DNA of 63,719 nucleotides, the filler included, from Candidatus Nanoarchaeia archaeon (GTDB lineage: Archaea; Nanobdellota; Nanobdellia; Woesearchaeales; DATDTY01), in the NCBI GenBank assembly GCA_035290625.1. It is 7 parts of 7 records of this genome, joined end to end, with 100 filler letters (N's around TTAATTAATTAA, not from the genome) between each part and the next. Parts side by side here need not be neighbours in the genome. Positions count along the whole stretch, not along the records: positions 1 to 2,247 come from DATDTY010000008.1; positions 2,348 to 22,246 come from DATDTY010000009.1; 5 more parts are not named here. The stretch is one strand, 5' to 3'. This document shows positions 1 to 9,088 of the stretch, in pieces. A program made the position numbers and the translations under genes. How positions within the stretch are numbered: position 1 is the first letter of the stretch; each line of letters starts with the position of its first letter. The notes below the pieces were generated by a model that ran no database searches, was not told where the DNA came from, and saw nothing but the letters and a program-made list of their open reading frames with translations.

Positions 1-1054
1 TGCGTGCTGTTTGGGAATCAATGCAGGAATCCTCGTACTGATCGACTATTGGTAGCGGCTCAATAGAACCATCTTCTCCTGTATTACGATTGCGATAGAG
101 ATAAACTCTTCCAGGTACATACGGATTAATCTGTGCTGGTCCAGGTCCAACGCAAACGAGCGATGCTGCCTCATATTGCGCAAGAGTCATGCATGCTCCT
201 CTGAAGCAAACCTCTCCTTCCCTGCATGGCATCTCTGTCCGAATGTAATCATTTCCTTGGCAGCCATTCTCAATAACTGCAGTAGAATAGACCTCACTTG
301 CAGGAGGCGTGCACTCATCAAAAAACGACGCGAAGTTTCCATTAGAAAAAGCGTCAACACTGCCAGAGAAATAGGGATCCCTTCCATCAGAATCCACACA
401 GGGAGCAGAACATCTTCCATAGACGCATACCCTTCCTGTATTGCTGCAGTCTATTCGAATTGAGGCCAGCTCATTACTATCGCAGTAATACTCAATGAGA
501 TTTGTCTGGTTGTCTGGATCGCATGTATCGGATTCAGTATAGTATAAAGGCATTCCCTCACCGATTCCACGACTGGCAAGAATCGTGAACCCTTGGTGAA
601 TAACATTTATCCCATTATCCTCATCAAAACAAACAGGAGTCTCTGAATCGAAGAGATATGCCTTCACATTTATGCTGCCGCCTCCCGGATAAGCGGATTC
701 CGCATTAAGCATGAAGTCATCGAATTGGTACCAGCCCCCAAAGTTTCTCGATGGTATTGTCAGAGTTTCAACCCTTCCTCCAACACCAACTCTTATTACA
801 GTGTCCACTTCAGAGATATCCATGAGCTCTAAGGTCATTGTTTGCTGGCCGTTCTTGCCAAAAACAGTCTGTGGCTGTCCGAGCCTGAGTGTGATGCTGC
901 CAATATCCGACCCATGGGCATCTCCCGCCTTGCCAGCAAAGTCTTGCGGCTTACTTGAGATGAACAAGAGCATAACCGCAAGAGCAACCATGCTAAGAAG
1001 AAGAGGAGAATGCTGGTTCCAGAGAATGTTCGTGTTTTTCCTCTGCCGCTTCAT
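1..1054 (-). CDS. Secreted or membrane-anchored Cys-rich protein (partial, runs off the left edge)
   Basis: Not in the ORF track. Manual translation from ATG at 1054 (GGAG upstream) gives MKRQRKNTNILWNQHSPLLLSMVALAVMLLFISS..., then Cys-rich units such as CFDEDNG, LIEYYC, CVYGRC and CVDSDGRD; open to base 1. Confidence 0.75.
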   Translation of the reverse strand, partial: MKRQRKNTNILWNQHSPLLLSMVALAVMLLFISSKPQDFAGKAGDAHGSDIGSITLRLGQPQTVFGKNGQQTMTLELMDISEVDTVIRVGVGGRVETLTIPSRNFGGWYQFDDFMLNAESAYPGGGSINVKAYLFDSETPVCFDEDNGINVIHQGFTILASRGIGEGMPLYYTESDTCDPDNQTNLIEYYCDSNELASIRIDCSNTGRVCVYGRCSAPCVDSDGRDPYFSGSVDAFSNGNFASFFDECTPPASEVYSTAVIENGCQGNDYIRTEMPCREGEVCFRGACMTLAQYEAASLVCVGPGPAQINPYVPGRVYLYRNRNTGEDGSIEPLPIVDQYEDSCIDSQTAR

Positions 1055-1086
1055 CTCCTGTTCCTTTCTCCCCGAGCTTTAAAAAC

Positions 1087-1593
1087 CTATCGGGAAATGA
1101 AATCCTCTTTCTGATGAGAAATAATCGCTCCGGAAGCGGCATCAACCTTGATGTTCAGTGTTTTGAAAGAAGAAAGCAGGAACGTGATGTTATACACTTG
1201 GCCTCGCTCAATATGCTGCAGGATAAAAATCTCTTTGAGGATATGCTCATTCCGGTATTCCTTCTTCTGGAACTCCTTCGCCTTCTCCAATGCCTCATCA
1301 AACTCCAATCTCACCTTCTCCACATCAATCTCTTTGATTGCCACTTTTTCTTCCTTAAAGACATCCTCTGTTGGAACGATCCTGATGGATTCTTCCTTGA
1401 TGACAAAGGTTGTGATTGTGTCTGAGCCTGCGTCAAAAAATCCAATATGCCAGATGTCCTTGTTCGCCTCATCATTCAGATAGAAGACATGCGCCAAAGT
1501 AAAAGAAGGATGCTCCTTCCTCCATCTCTTGTATTCCTCGGTCTCCAGAAGCTTTTGATAGATTGGCTTGAAGTGCATACAGCCAAAAATCAA
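1087..1593 (-). CDS. Conserved hypothetical protein with PepSY-like C-terminus
   Basis: 168-aa ORF ending ...TLNIKVDAASGAII; true start may be the second Met. Confidence 0.55.
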   Translation of the reverse strand: MIFGCMHFKPIYQKLLETEEYKRWRKEHPSFTLAHVFYLNDEANKDIWHIGFFDAGSDTITTFVIKEESIRIVPTEDVFKEEKVAIKEIDVEKVRLEFDEALEKAKEFQKKEYRNEHILKEIFILQHIERGQVYNITFLLSSFKTLNIKVDAASGAIISHQKEDFISR

Positions 1594-1623
1594 TGATGTT
1601 ATTTAAGAATATCGGAAATGAAC

Positions 1624-1786
1624 GACAGCAGTGAAAATCAGGGCTGCCGCCTCTTTGTGAGCAACAGAACAGGTTAAGCACATCGACCTCAGGGGGAAGC
1701 CCCATCGGGGTGAATGTCGATGCATACAGAGGACTTAGCATATTGCGAACTGGCGGCAGCCGCGAAGCAGGATTTTCACTGCTGCC
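1624..1786 (+). repeat. Structured MITE-like element, copy R1
   Basis: Outer IR cagcagtgaaaatc/gattttcactgctg; inner ggctgccgcc/ggcggcagcc; gtgagc...gcgaac; core catcgac...gtcgatg. Confidence 0.75.
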
Positions 1787-1789
1787 GAA

Positions 1790-2071
1790 TCAGGGATCCT
1801 GAGAATTGAAGCGCTCTATCTGATCATCGGTGATAGTAGGAACATTCACAGGCAGGCCATCATAAAAGTCCAAGAGGTCCGAATAAGGAGCCAGGACACC
1901 ACCAATCATCGCTAAATCACCAGTATACTGAACGGTTATCTTCACAGCCCCTTGGGGATCCTGTGCCTCTAGAGATACATGAGGAGACGGCTCAAGAGCC
2001 CTTAGCTTGTCAACAAGTTCTTGAGGATGGATTGATCCGCCAGGCTTCAATGCGATGATATACTCGATCAT
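1790..2071 (-). CDS. Small hypothetical protein
   Basis: Likely start MIEYIIALKPGG at 2071, with an AT-rich TATA-like stretch upstream. Confidence 0.45.
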   Translation of the reverse strand: MIEYIIALKPGGSIHPQELVDKLRALEPSPHVSLEAQDPQGAVKITVQYTGDLAMIGGVLAPYSDLLDFYDGLPVNVPTITDDQIERFNSQDP

Positions 2072-2247
2072 CAGGCCGGAAAATGATGGGGGATTAATAA
2101 ATATTGCGAAACAAACCTTTATAAAAACAATCAGAAGCCTCAATCGCATATGATCCAGACAATAAACGCAGCCTTATCAAGGATAGAGGAAATAACTCCG
2201 GAACTTAAAAAATACTTCTTCACACTAGAAAAGCCGCTTGGCTTCAC

Positions 2248-2347
2248 NNNNNNNNNNNNNNNNNNNNNNNNNNNNNNNNNNNNNNNNNNNNTTAATTAAT
2301 TAANNNNNNNNNNNNNNNNNNNNNNNNNNNNNNNNNNNNNNNNNNNN
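2248..2347. other. Artificial contig linker
   Basis: N run + TTAATTAATTAA + N run, 100 nt; repeated six times in the window. Confidence 0.98.
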
Positions 2348-2464
2348 GTTGCCGCCAATTTCGCGAGACTCAATCAAGCGAGACATCAGCAGCGGAGGGG
2401 GGTGTCCCTTACGGGCGAGGTGCCGCTCTTAGCTGAAAACAGCAAGAGCCGAGCTCGCGGCAAC
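2348..2464 (+). repeat. Structured element, copy R2 (at contig edge)
   Basis: gttgccgc...gcggcaac; its reverse complement aligns with 22748-22907 and 31774-31935. Confidence 0.8.
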
Positions 2465-2534
2465 CCGAGAGAGATTCAGGACAGAGCCCCAATGACGGCA
2501 AACCTTTTAAAGTACGCCAAGCGTACCACACAGA

Positions 2535-3296
2535 ATGGAGGAGGATGTCGTCTTTACAAACAGCAAGGGAGACAAGCTTGTTGGAATCCTTTCAGATGCA
2601 GCTGACAGCAGGGAAAAGAAGATTGTTGTGATGGCTCATGGGTTCAGGTCCAATAAGGATTCCAAGTCGTATCAGACTCTCGAGCCGATATTCAACAAAG
2701 CCAATATCTCGGTATTCCGCTTTGACTTCTTCGGCCATGGAGACAGCGATGGGAAATTTGAGGAGATCACCATCTCTGAGGCAGTTGATGATATCTTGAG
2801 GGCCATCGTGTATGTTAAGGCATTGGGATATACCAAGATCGCTCTCCTTGGGTCAAGCTTTGGAGGAGTTGCAAGCCTGATGGCTGCCTCGAAATCAAAG
2901 GATCTGTATGCAATGGCTTTGAAAGCTCCGGTCTCTGATTTTGAGGAATTGCTGAGAAGCGAGAACAGGGCAATTAACCTGAAGGAGTGGAAAAACCAGG
3001 GCTGGACGTACTATTTCGGAACAACCGCAACAAAGCCGCATAAGCTTAACTATGCATTTTTTGAAGACAGCAAGAGGAACATTGCATATCCTAGAGCAGG
3101 AAAGATAAAGATTCCTGTCCTAATTGTGCATGGAACCAAGGATGAGGCGGTTCCTCTGGAGCAGAGCAAAAAAACCGCAAGATTGTTAAAGAACGGACGC
3201 CTGAGCATTATCGAGGGGGCTGATCACCGCTTCACAAGACCGGAGCATTTCAGGAAGATGATAAAAGAGATCGCAGAGTTCATCATCTCACAATGA
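2535..3296 (+). CDS. Alpha/beta-fold serine hydrolase
   Basis: HGF, FDFFGHGDS, nucleophile GSSFG, HGTKDEAVP, GADH. Confidence 0.9.
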   Translation: MEEDVVFTNSKGDKLVGILSDAADSREKKIVVMAHGFRSNKDSKSYQTLEPIFNKANISVFRFDFFGHGDSDGKFEEITISEAVDDILRAIVYVKALGYTKIALLGSSFGGVASLMAASKSKDLYAMALKAPVSDFEELLRSENRAINLKEWKNQGWTYYFGTTATKPHKLNYAFFEDSKRNIAYPRAGKIKIPVLIVHGTKDEAVPLEQSKKTARLLKNGRLSIIEGADHRFTRPEHFRKMIKEIAEFIISQ

Positions 3297-3535
3297 TGCA
3301 TATCAAGGCGCTCTTCGACAAGATTAAGTGGGACCCGCATGAAGAGGCATCTTCCTATCATTTCTATTATGAGGACAGGATGTCGCATGCATTGGCACGT
3401 TTTTCATTCTCAGATATCCTTGACCGGGAAGATGGCTTCCTGAAGATAAAGAGCGGCGAGGAGGTTGTTGCAATTCCAATGCACCGCATCAAAAAGGTGG
3501 AGAAGGGCAGGAAGGTAGTGTGGGAGAGGCTGTGA
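3293..3535 (+). CDS. DUF504/MJ1316-like small protein
   Basis: KIKWDP...YEDR...IPMHRI signature. Confidence 0.75.
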   Translation: MMHIKALFDKIKWDPHEEASSYHFYYEDRMSHALARFSFSDILDREDGFLKIKSGEEVVAIPMHRIKKVEKGRKVVWERL

Positions 3536-3569
3536 GTTCGGTAAAGGCATTCTCAAAACGCCGGATTCA

Positions 3570-4109
3570 TCATAAGGACTCTACAATCTTCTCAAATGCT
3601 CTTATTTGCCTGTGCGCCCTCTTCAGGCGGAGATTTGCCTGATGGAGGATAAGAGATATGGTCTGCTCTGAGTAGAGCAGTTTTCCTTTGTGCATTATGG
3701 GCATCTCCATCTTTTCTGAGCCCTGGATCTCGACTGTTGTTTTCCTGGCGATGCTGATCACTCCTGCTCGCCTGAAGATTGTTCGGCCTGCCCTCAGTAA
3801 TCGATTTGCAGATTCAATGCCCCTACAGCAGACATGAACAATCATCGGATCAACCTTGAGCCAAAGGATCCCTTTCTCTTTGAATCTTGGAAGCTTCTGT
3901 ATCGGCTCATGGGAGGAAAAAAGCCACTTGGCCTGGTTCTTCTTTTTCCCGTATTTCATCACCAGGATGCGGCCTGAGCATGAGCTGGTGGTGTAATGGT
4001 CTGGCTTCGCGTTTATTTTTTCAAGGAGGGGAATTATTTTCTCGTCAATTGAGCCTTTTTTGCTGCGATCGGTATTTAGTGCTTTCTGCTTTTCTGAATC
4101 AAAGCGCAT
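3570..4109 (-). CDS. taw3: tRNA wybutosine-pathway methyltransferase Taw3/TYW3
   Basis: DRSKKGSIDEKI and YTTSSCSGRI motifs. Confidence 0.9.
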   Translation of the reverse strand: MRFDSEKQKALNTDRSKKGSIDEKIIPLLEKINAKPDHYTTSSCSGRILVMKYGKKKNQAKWLFSSHEPIQKLPRFKEKGILWLKVDPMIVHVCCRGIESANRLLRAGRTIFRRAGVISIARKTTVEIQGSEKMEMPIMHKGKLLYSEQTISLILHQANLRLKRAHRQIRAFEKIVESL

Positions 4110-4157
4110 GCAAGCAAGAAAGCCAAGCCATTTAATATAGTTTTAGTTACTAGGGGC

Positions 4158-4973
4158 TTAGGGATTGCCACGCCTTTCGATGAACTTTCTCATCCCTTTC
4201 ACATATTCGTCTGCTTCCCTAAAATAACCCTCATATTCCTGGCCTGAGATCTCCTTGATCTCGCGGTGCAGAATTCCCCTCGACAGCTCATAGAATTTTC
4301 TCATAGTCTTTGCATAGGCATAGGGAAGGAGCTTCTTCTTCACCATCCTTTCTTCAAGCATGTCTGCAACATGGCCAGGAGAAGGAGGAATCTCGCCCAG
4401 GCTCATCAAGGCAGCATGGCTTGAGTCAATGACTGCCCAATAGAGATCCAGGGTTGCCTGGAGCATATGCCACCTGCTGTTCTGTATGGTTGCCGGAGCA
4501 CGCGAGAAATAGGTCCAGATGCTCTCCTGGGTCGGCCTGATCCTGCCGTCTGTCAGGAGCTTCTGCAGCGGCTCGAAGAACCCTGCATCGACCAGAGCAA
4601 TCCCATCTCTGAGAATGTTGATGGCAATCGGGTCTCCTGCGCGGATGTACTCCCAGAAGGAAGAGAATTTGAGTGTGGTAACATGCAGCCGCTTGGAGAC
4701 CTTCAGGACAAGCTTCTCGCTGATCACCCTGTAAGCCTCCACCATCTCAGCGGTGAGCTTTACAGAAACATCATCAACGACCAGGAGGATGTCGATGTCT
4801 CCCCGTGTTGAGTGCTCCTTCTCCCGGGCAGCGCTGCCGAAGATGACCACTGCCTTGAGAAAATGACCGAACTCCTTTGACACCTCTGTTGCAAAGTGGT
4901 ATGCAGTATCAAGGTCGCTCTTCTTGTACTTTGTGATATTTGGATTGAGTACTTTTTCTATTCTGAATTCCAT
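4158..4973 (-). CDS. Minimal nucleotidyltransferase fused to a HEPN-like domain
   Basis: FGSAAR...GDIDILLVVDD (pol beta NTase); helical C-terminus DLYWAVIDSSHAAL...RGILH. Confidence 0.75.
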   Translation of the reverse strand: MEFRIEKVLNPNITKYKKSDLDTAYHFATEVSKEFGHFLKAVVIFGSAAREKEHSTRGDIDILLVVDDVSVKLTAEMVEAYRVISEKLVLKVSKRLHVTTLKFSSFWEYIRAGDPIAINILRDGIALVDAGFFEPLQKLLTDGRIRPTQESIWTYFSRAPATIQNSRWHMLQATLDLYWAVIDSSHAALMSLGEIPPSPGHVADMLEERMVKKKLLPYAYAKTMRKFYELSRGILHREIKEISGQEYEGYFREADEYVKGMRKFIERRGNP

Positions 4974-5126
4974 TCCATTCCCCTCCCAAGCCCTACCTCA
5001 AGAGCATTTATTAAGCTTTGTGACTATTGAAGAGGGGTATTTACTCTCCCCTCATTCTCTCCTCGTTTGATGGCCCGGGCAGTATGCGATTTCTGGCAGG
5101 CCAGGCAGTAGATTGGAGAACTCTTA

Positions 5127-6794
5127 CTACGGCTTAAGGTATCCCTTTTCCATTAAATGCTGTTGAATATCTTGTTCGGAAAAGCCTATTTTTTCAGCAA
5201 CTCGTTCTGCATGGCTTTCCCTTGAAGTCCCTTGAACCATCCTGTATGTCGGGGTTGTTTCGTTAAATTCAGCTTGCAAATATTGGCCTTTGCCCAGCTC
5301 CCTGAAACTATCAACCAATTGATGGTTATGAGTCACTAGTATGGTGTTATTTCCAATTGCGTGGAATCCATTTAAAATAAGGTGTGACTGCTTAATTTTT
5401 TCTTCTATGGTTGTTCCTTCAGCCAATTCATCTAAGACTACCAGACTTTGGGGACATGTTTCATAAAAGATATCCCTCGTCCTTGCTAATTCGGTTCCAA
5501 ATCTTCCTTCCGCATCCTGGAGAGCATCGAATTGCGGAGCCTGATATGCTATTCTATCTGCAACATTCATACTTGCTTTTGAAGCAAGAACATAACCTCC
5601 AATTTGTCCCAATAGCTGATTCTGCAGTATACTTTTGCAGTAGGTTGTTTTGCCGCCACTATTTGGGCCTGTAATAAAAGTCAATCTTGAACCATTTAAT
5701 TGGACATCATTAGGCACAAATTGATAGTTACCCTTACCCAAAACTGGATTTCGTAGGTTTTGGGCTATGAAGTAGTGCGCATCACCATCTGTAATGGATG
5801 GCAGCGTTGTAGCATGAGGAAGCGCTCTTGCATATTCTATGAAAGATCTTAGTTCATCTAATTTTCCAACAGCATCAACTACGACATTAAACCCCTTATC
5901 AGCATACATTCTCTTAATGAGGGGAGCTATTGCTGTGTTATACTCAATATCTTCTTTCATCAAGGAGCCGTATCCCATTGATGCCATTAATGTTCCAAAA
6001 ACAAGATTTAGTGCTTCTATTGAGAGATGGGGGCCCCTTTCAATTAATCCAGACCCAATTCCTGCAGTCATGGCAAAAAAAGGAAGCATTAAGCCCACAA
6101 CTCCAGCGCTAAGATGTGTTGGGCGAAGAATCCATGCTGGAGTAAAAAATCCCAGTGCTTCTTTTGGCTGTGGACCAGTAAATGTTCTATAAAGTGGACC
6201 TCGCATCATTTGATATATTGGTGAGCTTTCAAATGCCCTGATTGGGCTAACTAATGCACGGGCATACTCTGTTTCAGGAGTTGGGATGCCTTTTGCTGCC
6301 TTTAAGATGTTTCGTACAGTTTTTCTGGCAGCTTTAAAATCTCCATACCAGTGATGGGACCAGAGTTCATGATTTAGGAGTTTTAGCAGGGCAGCCTCTC
6401 CTTGCTGAACCTCAAATAAGTAATCATCAACTGCCCTCTTTAACATACCATCAGCTTCCAATTCTCTAACACTGTCCTGTTTAGCTAAAATATAATCAAG
6501 CGAAACCTGAGGTTGCATAAGCGATCTGAATAGCACAGCAGACCCAACTGCTGTTTGTGTATGGTCTATTGCATTATGCAAATCTTCAACCTGAATTAAC
6601 TGCAAGGTCGCCTTATCCATGACGGTTTCCGGCAAAGCCTGGAACATTGCATTTCTATTGAACGCTCCACGTTCTTTGTTGCTTGAGAAAGATGTGGTTC
6701 GTTCTTCAGCTACTCGAAAAAATATGCGCCTTTCGTTATGTATAGATATCACAGGCATATAGTCTAGATGAGTCCTTGATTCTAGATTGGTCAT
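5127..6794 (-). CDS. MutS-family ATPase (domain V only, no mismatch-binding domain seen)
   Basis: ITGPNSGGKTT Walker A, LVVLDELAEGT Walker B, VTHNH, GTSRESHA. Confidence 0.85.
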   Translation of the reverse strand: MTNLESRTHLDYMPVISIHNERRIFFRVAEERTTSFSSNKERGAFNRNAMFQALPETVMDKATLQLIQVEDLHNAIDHTQTAVGSAVLFRSLMQPQVSLDYILAKQDSVRELEADGMLKRAVDDYLFEVQQGEAALLKLLNHELWSHHWYGDFKAARKTVRNILKAAKGIPTPETEYARALVSPIRAFESSPIYQMMRGPLYRTFTGPQPKEALGFFTPAWILRPTHLSAGVVGLMLPFFAMTAGIGSGLIERGPHLSIEALNLVFGTLMASMGYGSLMKEDIEYNTAIAPLIKRMYADKGFNVVVDAVGKLDELRSFIEYARALPHATTLPSITDGDAHYFIAQNLRNPVLGKGNYQFVPNDVQLNGSRLTFITGPNSGGKTTYCKSILQNQLLGQIGGYVLASKASMNVADRIAYQAPQFDALQDAEGRFGTELARTRDIFYETCPQSLVVLDELAEGTTIEEKIKQSHLILNGFHAIGNNTILVTHNHQLVDSFRELGKGQYLQAEFNETTPTYRMVQGTSRESHAERVAEKIGFSEQDIQQHLMEKGYLKP

Positions 6795-6937
6795 TAACTT
6801 CTGCTAATTTATGACCATTTATAAGCTTTTCAATTTTTGTTACTTCCAAAGTGTTACATTTTAATAATTATCTCGGCCTTAATGTGTGCCTGGGCTTCTC
6901 TGTGATTGCAATCTTCAGGCCTAGGGGAGAGTCCAAG

Positions 6938-7471
6938 TCAAGCTTCATACACCGAGGCATTATTCGTATCAAGGTAGACAAGCCTCTTCAGCCTCATCTT
7001 CAGCGGATGGAAGTGAGGGCCGTAGAGAATGAGCTTGTTTTTTGCACCTCTGATCTTGTCCTCCAGGGCTGCCAAAGGCTTATCAGGAAAGAGGAAGAGC
7101 ACTGCATAGGCGCTGAGATCCACATCAAAGAAGTCCGTCTTCTTGAACTCGGCATTTGGGCAGCGTACCTTCTCTTTCAAGGCATTCGAGACCTCAATCA
7201 GCTCATCATCAATCTCAATGCCCCATGCCTTGGTGAATAAGGAAGCAACCAACACCACCCTTCCATCTCCGCTTCCCAAATCAACAAAAGATGCATACGA
7301 ATCAAGCCCGATCTTCTCGAAGAGTTCGTAGACCTCAGCCAGGATGCTGCAGCCCCAGAATCCCTTTTCTGTGGATTTCCAGGGGTATTTTCCTGACTTC
7401 ACAAGCTGGAGAAACCGATCGTTGTAGGCTTTTTCAATGGATTTGAACTTCAGGTCTCGCTGGATGTCCAT
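6938..7471 (-). CDS. Class I SAM-dependent methyltransferase
   Basis: FVDLGSGDGRV, GIEID, DFFDVDLS. Confidence 0.85.
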   Translation of the reverse strand: MDIQRDLKFKSIEKAYNDRFLQLVKSGKYPWKSTEKGFWGCSILAEVYELFEKIGLDSYASFVDLGSGDGRVVLVASLFTKAWGIEIDDELIEVSNALKEKVRCPNAEFKKTDFFDVDLSAYAVLFLFPDKPLAALEDKIRGAKNKLILYGPHFHPLKMRLKRLVYLDTNNASVYEA

Positions 7472-7473
7472 GG

Positions 7474-9063
7474 CTAGTCCAAGAGATTTTTTAGCTTTCT
7501 GCTGCGGAGCGGGTTACGAAGCCTGCGGATGGCTTTCTCCTCAAGCTGGCGAACGCGCTCGCGGGTTATGCCAAATCTTGCGCCGATGTCGCCCAGAGTC
7601 ATGGGATCCGGGTCTTGCTTGCCACGAGTTCCTATCCCATACCTCAATCGAAGGACTGTTTCCTCACGTTCTGTAAGGGTGGAAAGAGCAGCATTCACGG
7701 TTTCCCGGCTGTGGGGAGCTTTCAGAGCTTTCAAGGCTTCCAGCGGGTTTGGCAGCGTTGTATCCTTGATAAATTGGCCAACAGAGGAATCGTCGGAATC
7801 GTTGCCAACAGGCTGGTCTAGTGAGAGTTCTGATCGGAATGACTGTAATCTCTTCTCAAGCGTTTTTGTGTCCAGCCCCATTTGGTCAGCAACTTCCTGG
7901 GTCGTTGGAGGCCTTTTCAAGGCATGACCGAGCGTTTTATACACCTTTTGGTGTTCTCCGTACCAGAATCTCATATCAATGGGGATTCTCACCATGCCCT
8001 CATTATTTGCAATTGCCCTGCTGATCTTCTGCCGTATCCACCAGACAGCATAGGTTCCGAACTTGATCCCTCTTTGATGGTCAAACCTGTCAATTGCCTC
8101 CATGAGCCCATCGTTTCCCTCTTGAATGCGGTCCTCCAAGGGAATAGAGGTCTGCCGGTATTTTTTTGCAACTGAAACAACAAGTCGGAGATTGGCACTG
8201 GCAGCCTGCTTGCGCAGCGTGTTGATCTCTGAGCAGTGCTTTTCAAGCAGCGCCTTTGTCTCAAGATCTTCCGGGCCATCTCCGAGATACTCCAGTGTGT
8301 TTTCAACCAGTGGCTTCAGCCGGAGATATCCTAATTCTTCTCTCAGCATTTCGCCGGTGAGGCGGTTCCTTCTCCTTGCTCCTTTGAGCTTAGCGATGCT
8401 CTCGCTGAGGCTGCGGTGCTGCCCCTCATAACTTTTTGCGACGCTTTTGTTCCCCTCAAGCCTATTCAAAAGCGCGCGGAGATCATCGCGGAATACTTCG
8501 ATGTTCAGGCAATCGTTATAGAGATTTGCAACCGCGTCACATTTTGCCTGGAAAAGGCCATAGTGCTGTTCCGGGCTCAGCATTGCAGTCTCTCCCATCT
8601 CTGCCAGATACTTCGCAAGCGCTGGCTGTGATTCGCCATTTCTTTTCTTCCTTGGGGCATGGTTTGATTGAGGGAGAATGAAGTAATCAAGACCAGGCAG
8701 ACTTGGGCTGTCATTGGCATCATCCGGAGTTTGAGGCAGAGATAGAATATCAGCAGGAGAAGCTGGCATTGGATCTTGGGGAAGTTTGGCGGATTCTTTT
8801 TCATGATACGTAGTAGAGCGCCACGGGTGCCAAAGCTGCTGCAGGAGTTCAGAATAGTCTGTATATCCATTTTTATTAAAATGCGCAATGAGGCTGCCCA
8901 ACTCATAGTGCCCATTTCCCTGAACCGGCTTTACAGCCTTCAGCAATGTTGTCAGGTCAGGGTCATCAATGCCTGTTATTGAAAGAATCTGTTTCCTGGT
9001 GACCAGATGGGAGGTATTCCCATAGCCGGAATTTTGAGCATAGGCTGGTTTTTCAGCAGTCAT
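7474..9063 (-). CDS. Sigma70/RpoD-like RNA polymerase sigma factor homolog with N-terminal extension
   Basis: Region 1.2 YLAEMGETAMLSPEQ; region 2 ANLRLVVSVAKKY, DRIQEGNDGL, RGIKFGTYAVWWIRQ; region 3 VRIP, SLDQPVG; region 4 LTEREETVLRLRYG, TLGDIGARFGITRERVRQLEEKAIRRLR. Confidence 0.93.
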   Translation of the reverse strand: MTAEKPAYAQNSGYGNTSHLVTRKQILSITGIDDPDLTTLLKAVKPVQGNGHYELGSLIAHFNKNGYTDYSELLQQLWHPWRSTTYHEKESAKLPQDPMPASPADILSLPQTPDDANDSPSLPGLDYFILPQSNHAPRKKRNGESQPALAKYLAEMGETAMLSPEQHYGLFQAKCDAVANLYNDCLNIEVFRDDLRALLNRLEGNKSVAKSYEGQHRSLSESIAKLKGARRRNRLTGEMLREELGYLRLKPLVENTLEYLGDGPEDLETKALLEKHCSEINTLRKQAASANLRLVVSVAKKYRQTSIPLEDRIQEGNDGLMEAIDRFDHQRGIKFGTYAVWWIRQKISRAIANNEGMVRIPIDMRFWYGEHQKVYKTLGHALKRPPTTQEVADQMGLDTKTLEKRLQSFRSELSLDQPVGNDSDDSSVGQFIKDTTLPNPLEALKALKAPHSRETVNAALSTLTEREETVLRLRYGIGTRGKQDPDPMTLGDIGARFGITRERVRQLEEKAIRRLRNPLRSRKLKNLLD

Positions 9064-9088
9064 TGTTGATTACCTATTTGTTGATTAC

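Noticed and set aside
176..1082. Plus-strand ORFs 176-463 and 711-1082, and similar antisense ORFs throughout the window
   Set aside because: Shadows of longer, motif-bearing genes on the opposite strand
1690..1716. c-di-AMP (ydaO) riboswitch-like GGGGGAA...GGGGTGAAT
   Set aside because: Only this sub-motif matches; the rest of the riboswitch is missing and other copies of the repeat lack it
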